Part shown: piece by piece, positions 59,262-64,000 of the stretch
Layout: each line of letters starts with the position of its first letter
Numbering within the stretch: the stretch's first letter is position 1
NCBI GenBank assembly: GCA_050011835.1
Contig: JBEKII010000002.1
Span: 76,173 to 140,172 of the forward strand
Source: Minisyncoccia bacterium
GTDB taxonomy: Bacteria > Patescibacteriota > Minisyncoccia > Phycocordibacterales > Phycocordibacteraceae
Length of the DNA stretch: 64,000 bases
Direction of reading: 5' to 3'
Position numbers and translations under genes: made by a program
Notes under the pieces: generated by a model
Seen by the model: the letters and a program-made list of their open reading frames with translations, nothing else
Told to the model about the DNA's origin: nothing
The model's database searches: none

Positions 59262-62012
59262 ATGAAAAAGTATATCCTCGGTGCCATTTTCTCCTTCGGC
59301 GTTCTTGTCCCATCAACATTCGCTCAAGCAGCAATCCTCTCAAATTCGCAAATTCAATCAATCCTCTCGCTTCTTTCTTCATTTGGTGCAGACAGTGCAA
59401 CAATAGCGAATGTCCGATCGGTACTTGTTGGTGGCACATCGGCTCACACACTTTCTTCTTCAGGAACAACCCAAAACATCAAAAGTTATGATGTAGTTAT
59501 TTACGGAGGCACAAGTGCCGGAGTAACCGCAGCAGTAGAAGCCGCTAGAACGGGGGAAACCGTAGCCATCATAGAACCCAGCAATCATCTCGGCGGTATG
59601 ACGTCAAATGGGCTGGGAGCCACGGATATCGGTAACCTGCAAACTGTGGGCGGAATCGCAAAAGAATTTTATCAGGACGTTCTTTCTTATTATAACAATT
59701 CGGCTAATTGGCAGTACGGGCAAAATTTCGACGCCTACAAAAACTTAGCAGCGAATTTCGGATATGTCGGCACAGACACTATGATGAGTTTCGAACCGCA
59801 TGTCGCGGAAAATATCTTTAAGCAATTCATTCAAACCTACAACATACCCGTTTTCTACGGGCAGAGACTGAACCTTGATTCTGGCGTAACCAAAAGCGGC
59901 AGCACCATTACACAAATCGTCATGGAGTCGGGAATGATTTTTAAGGCTCAAATGTTTATTGATGCGTCGTATGAAGGTGACCTGATGGCGAAAGCAGGAG
60001 TGTCTTATACCGTTGGCCGGGAGTCAGATAGCATCTATGGGGAAACGCTTAATGGCGTGATTTTTAATCCAAACGGTCCCCATCAATTTGCATCTTCAGT
60101 TGACCCGTATGTTATTAAGGGCAATCCCTCGAGCGGTTTATTGCCGGGAATAAATTCAAATCCCGGGACGAGTGGCCAAGGCGACAATAAAGTACAGGCA
60201 TATAATTTCAGATTATGCACGACCGACGTGCCTCAAAATGCTATTCCCTGGTCTAAGCCGGCTGGATATGACCCCAGCAGATACGAATTGCTTTTGCGTT
60301 ATTTTGACTCCGGTTACGGCAGCAATGTGCAAAGCTCCGACTTTGGTTATAACCCAGGTACACCGTGGGCCTTTCTGCCTATGCCAAACCTCAAAACAGA
60401 TACAAATAACAACGGTCCCTTTTCTACTGACAACATTGGAATGAATTACGATTACCCCGATGGGGATTACACCACCAGAGAAAATATAATTCGCGACCAA
60501 ATTTCCTATCAGCAAGGCCTGTTTTGGACGCTCGCGACGAATCCGAGGGTTCCCCAAAATATCAGGAATGAAATAAATAAATGGGGGCTTTGCAAGGATG
60601 AATTTACCGATAACGGAGGATGGCCAGATCAAATATACGTACGAGAGGGAAGGAGAATGATATCGGATTATGTGATGACGGAAAGTAATTCCAATGGCAG
60701 TAGAAATGCTAGCGATTCCGTAGGGATGGGTTCGTATCCCATAGATTCCCATAATGTGCAGAGATATTTGACGAGCGGAGGAACAGTCCAGAACGAAGGC
60801 GACTTAGTTGGCCTGTCCGGTACGAACTTGGCCGCACCGTATCCCATAAGTTACCGCTCCATCGTTCCTAAAAAGCAAGAAGTAACAAATCTTTTGGACC
60901 CCGTCACTCTCTCGGCCAGCCATGTGGCGTATGGTTCAATGCGAACGGAACCCATATTGATGATTCTTGGCCAAAGTGCGGGAGCTGCCGCGTCTATCGC
61001 AATTGATGACAATGTGGCTGTCCAGAATGTTAACTACAATGAATTAAAACAACAGCTTGTTCATGATGGTCAAATATTAGGCACGGGAGGTCCTGCGGCT
61101 GCCGTTCACTGTCAAAGATGCAGCGTGAATAGTTCCTATCAATGGGTGAATTTTGATTCTACTGACTCCTCCTGCGCTTCAGTTGTTCCTTCTACCAATC
61201 CCGTAACAAGGACCTGCAATTGCAGTTGTCCGGGCAATGTGGGCAACTCTTATCCGCCGGATTGTAGTGCGCAATGCAAAGCGTGCACTGACACCACATG
61301 GTCTCCTGATCCTTCCACGGTTTGCTCTGGCCAATCCTTTACCCAAACGAGCAACTGCGGTACGACCAGAACAGCGGCAGGCACCGAAAATTGTGCGCCG
61401 GTATCTGTCCACTGTGGAAGATGCAGCACGGTGATGTCCTATCAGTGGGCGAGCTTTGATTCTACCGACCCCACCTGCGCCACGGTCGTTCCTTCCACCA
61501 ATCCGGTCACAAGAACCTGCAACTGCAGCTGCCCGGGCGGCTTAAGCAATACGCTCTACCCGCCGAATTGCAGCAGCCAGTGCACAGCACCCTCTGTCGT
61601 TAACGTTTCCGGAGTGTGGAACAAAACAGCGGGAACGGTTCAAAGTGTTTGGACATTGTCTCAGTCCGGATCTTCAGTCAGTGGAACCAGCAGTAGCGGA
61701 GCCACTATCACTTCAGGAAGTATCGGACCAGATGGACACTCTATCTCACTAACTTGGAGTAATGGGTACCGCTTTAACGCGACGGTTTCAAGCGATGGGA
61801 ATAGTATGAGCGGCACGCAGACCAATCCCGACGGTACTTCCGGCGGAACATGGTCAGCCACGAGATCTACGGCTAGCTTCCTTGGCGGCACCAAACAAAC
61901 AGCCAATGCGCTGGGCGCCTTGAACAGCTCGAGTGGCTCACAGCCAACGGCGCGAGGAGGCTTCCTCAACGCTGTCGGCGGATTCTTCTCTCGCCTTGTC
62001 GGGTCTTTCTAA
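59262..62012 (+). CDS. Secreted FAD-dependent oxidoreductase fused to Cys-rich repeats
   Basis: Signal peptide, YDVVIYGGTSAG Rossmann motif, FIDASYEGDL, YVREGRR, SASHVAYGSMR.EP; two ~59-aa Cys-rich repeats; amphipathic C-terminus. Confidence 0.85.
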   Translation: MKKYILGAIFSFGVLVPSTFAQAAILSNSQIQSILSLLSSFGADSATIANVRSVLVGGTSAHTLSSSGTTQNIKSYDVVIYGGTSAGVTAAVEAARTGETVAIIEPSNHLGGMTSNGLGATDIGNLQTVGGIAKEFYQDVLSYYNNSANWQYGQNFDAYKNLAANFGYVGTDTMMSFEPHVAENIFKQFIQTYNIPVFYGQRLNLDSGVTKSGSTITQIVMESGMIFKAQMFIDASYEGDLMAKAGVSYTVGRESDSIYGETLNGVIFNPNGPHQFASSVDPYVIKGNPSSGLLPGINSNPGTSGQGDNKVQAYNFRLCTTDVPQNAIPWSKPAGYDPSRYELLLRYFDSGYGSNVQSSDFGYNPGTPWAFLPMPNLKTDTNNNGPFSTDNIGMNYDYPDGDYTTRENIIRDQISYQQGLFWTLATNPRVPQNIRNEINKWGLCKDEFTDNGGWPDQIYVREGRRMISDYVMTESNSNGSRNASDSVGMGSYPIDSHNVQRYLTSGGTVQNEGDLVGLSGTNLAAPYPISYRSIVPKKQEVTNLLDPVTLSASHVAYGSMRTEPILMILGQSAGAAASIAIDDNVAVQNVNYNELKQQLVHDGQILGTGGPAAAVHCQRCSVNSSYQWVNFDSTDSSCASVVPSTNPVTRTCNCSCPGNVGNSYPPDCSAQCKACTDTTWSPDPSTVCSGQSFTQTSNCGTTRTAAGTENCAPVSVHCGRCSTVMSYQWASFDSTDPTCATVVPSTNPVTRTCNCSCPGGLSNTLYPPNCSSQCTAPSVVNVSGVWNKTAGTVQSVWTLSQSGSSVSGTSSSGATITSGSIGPDGHSISLTWSNGYRFNATVSSDGNSMSGTQTNPDGTSGGTWSATRSTASFLGGTKQTANALGALNSSSGSQPTARGGFLNAVGGFFSRLVGSF

Positions 62013-62032
62013 TTCCTGCTATACTTTCAGAT

Positions 62033-62596
62033 ATGTCTACCACAATAATCGTTGTTATCATCGTCCTCGTACTTATCGTGCTCTGGATTGCCGGTTCTTA
62101 TAATCACCTTATTACGCTTACCAATCGCGCGAAAGAATCGTGGGCCGATATTCAGGTGCAACTGAAACGTCGCTATGACCTCATACCGAACCTCGTTCAA
62201 ACAGTGAAGGGCTACGCCGCGCATGAATCCAGGGCTTTTGAGAATGTAACGAAGGCGCGCGCGGCCGCGATGGGTGCAACGAGTACTGCGGACAAAGTGC
62301 AGGCGGAAAACCAGCTCACTGGTGCATTGAAAACGCTTTTTGCCGTTTCCGAAGCCTATCCGGACCTCAAAGCGAATCAAAACTTCTTGCAGCTTCAGCA
62401 AGAGCTCGGCGATACTGAGGATAAGATTCAAGCCGCCCGCCGCTTCTATAACACGACCGTGATGACTCTCAATACTGCTGCGCAGTCTTTCCCCGGCAAC
62501 ATCATCGCATCTTCGTTCGGTTTCAAGCTGATGGACCTTTTTGAACTTGCGAGTTCTGACCAGGCCGCAAACGAACCAGTAAAAGTGCAATTCTAA
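62033..62596 (+). CDS. lemA: LemA family protein
   Basis: VQLKRRYDLIPNLV, EAYPDLKANQNF, ARRFYN. Confidence 0.95.
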   Translation: MSTTIIVVIIVLVLIVLWIAGSYNHLITLTNRAKESWADIQVQLKRRYDLIPNLVQTVKGYAAHESRAFENVTKARAAAMGATSTADKVQAENQLTGALKTLFAVSEAYPDLKANQNFLQLQQELGDTEDKIQAARRFYNTTVMTLNTAAQSFPGNIIASSFGFKLMDLFELASSDQAANEPVKVQF

Positions 62597-63499
62597 ATGG
62601 ATCTCTATAAACAAAAATCAAGCAACATTCGCCGGACTTGGGCGCTCGTGCTCGGATTCCTCATCGTGGTCATCGCGGTTGGCTACGCAATCTCGTGGTA
62701 CTACGATAATCCATCCATTCTCGTTATCGCAGTCATTATCGCCGTGGCGACGAATTTCTATGCGTACTGGTCTTCGGACAAATTGGTGCTTTCCTTGAAT
62801 CATGCACGGCCAGCTTCGCGCACGGAATTTTTTGATTTCTATACCGTGACGGAAAATCTCTCTATCACCGCGGGACTACCGATGCCGAAACTGTATGTGA
62901 TTGATGACCCGGCACCGAATGCGTTCGCGACCGGCCGCGACGAGAAGCATGCCGTAGTTTGTGCGACGACCGGGTTACTTCGGATGATGAACCGTACCGA
63001 GCTGGAAGGCGTTATTGGCCATGAGCTCTCGCATATCAAGAATCGCGACATGCTTCTGATGACGGTTGCGGTTGTCCTCGCGGGTTTCGTCGCTCTCGCA
63101 GCGAATATATTTCTGCGCTTTTCTTTCTTTGGTGGCGGACGGCGCGATAATAGGGGAAATGGAAATGCGATTCTCTTGATTCTCGCGATTGTCGGCATCA
63201 TACTCGCGCCCATCGCCGCGAAACTTATAGAACTCGCCGTCTCGCGTCGACGCGAATACCTCGCGGACGCCTCGGGCGCCTTACTCACGCGCTATCCCGA
63301 AGGCCTCGCCTCCGCGCTCCAAAAAATCGGCAATGATACAATGCCGATGCGGAGCGCCAACCTCGCAACGGCGCACCTCTTTATCGGTGACCCGTTTGGC
63401 GCGAAGGCCGGTGGCACGAACGGCTGGGTTGAAAGATTATTTTCAACGCATCCGCCTATTCCCGAACGTATTAAAGCGCTTCTCAGTTCGGGAGCGTGA
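62597..63499 (+). CDS. htpX: Membrane zinc metalloprotease HtpX (M48)
   Basis: PNAFATGR, HELSH, SRRREYLADA, STHPP. Confidence 0.95.
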   Translation: MDLYKQKSSNIRRTWALVLGFLIVVIAVGYAISWYYDNPSILVIAVIIAVATNFYAYWSSDKLVLSLNHARPASRTEFFDFYTVTENLSITAGLPMPKLYVIDDPAPNAFATGRDEKHAVVCATTGLLRMMNRTELEGVIGHELSHIKNRDMLLMTVAVVLAGFVALAANIFLRFSFFGGGRRDNRGNGNAILLILAIVGIILAPIAAKLIELAVSRRREYLADASGALLTRYPEGLASALQKIGNDTMPMRSANLATAHLFIGDPFGAKAGGTNGWVERLFSTHPPIPERIKALLSSGA

Positions 63500-63531
63500 T
63501 AAACGTTTTTCTGATATAACGGTTTCCATAC

Positions 63532-63618
63532 GGAGGCGTCGCATAGCGGTCTAGTGCACCGCCTTGGAAAGGCGGCAGGCTCGAAAGGGTCTCGAGAGTT
63601 CGAATCTCTCCGCCTCCG
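63532..63618 (+). tRNA. tRNA-Ser(GGA)
   Basis: GGAGGCG/CGCCTCC acceptor, CCGCC-TT GGA AA-GGCGG, long variable arm. Confidence 0.95.
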
Positions 63619-63695
63619 CAAAGAGATTCGAACTTTTTTAATGGCGCCAGAGGGACCGAGACAATTCGGATATTATTCTCCTCACGATTTTTTGA

Positions 63696-63977
63696 TTAAC
63701 GACGAGCCTTCATCAGAAAGACGACTAATTCCCCTATTAACGCGCTGACTGATTCTGGCGATATTGAAAGTGTTTTTGGAGATACAAGCTCATCGACCGC
63801 TTCCATAAAGGAATGTTGTTCAACGGTAAATCCTCTTTCTTCAAAAAATACTTGCGCCTCTATTTTATTTCTAAAATAATTTTTGTCTCTGTTGATGCCG
63901 GTCATCTTTTCTACCGCGCTTGATCTTTCCCGCATTTCTTTACTTTGCCCTGTAATTCGCTCAAGAATACTAGCCAC
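63696..63977 (-). CDS. Hypothetical protein
   Basis: 93-aa ORF with no recognised motif; start uncertain near the window edge. Confidence 0.4.
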   Translation of the reverse strand: MASILERITGQSKEMRERSSAVEKMTGINRDKNYFRNKIEAQVFFEERGFTVEQHSFMEAVDELVSPKTLSISPESVSALIGELVVFLMKARR

Positions 63978-64000
63978 TGGTATGTCAGGGGTTATCCAAA

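Overview
Bacterial chromosome segment whose gene content and compact layout point to a CPR/Patescibacteria (Parcubacteria-like) genome; this taxonomy is inferred, not searched. The backbone carries the groEL 3' end, a complete type IV pilus locus (pilM/N/O-like, pilB, pilT, pilC, four tandem major pilins, pilD, minor pilins), ligA, gatCA, typA, pyrF/pyrE-like, smpB-ssrA-ftsH, recG, lemA-htpX and four tRNAs. Main findings: (1) Downstream of an initiator-type tRNA-Met, a roughly 14 kb array of four tandem modules is delimited by five related junctions (core GCAACA, usually GCAACACGGTTGTGA) and contains one large serine recombinase. (2) The first module is a complete diversity-generating retroelement (RT, Avd, TR, target with VR). 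Its avd lies antisense between TR and RT, and the RT contains an in-frame (GA)15 microsatellite that could act as an ON/OFF switch. (3) Excision of the recombinase module is predicted to swap the recombinase C-terminus and place a Zn-finger gene directly behind it. (4) Two GNRA-rich candidate structured RNAs lie inside that module. (5) A separate micro-cassette array lies between tRNA-Ile(UAU) and recG, bounded by hybrid recG-end/tRNA-end repeats. All alignments and counts were done by eye; no database searches were run.
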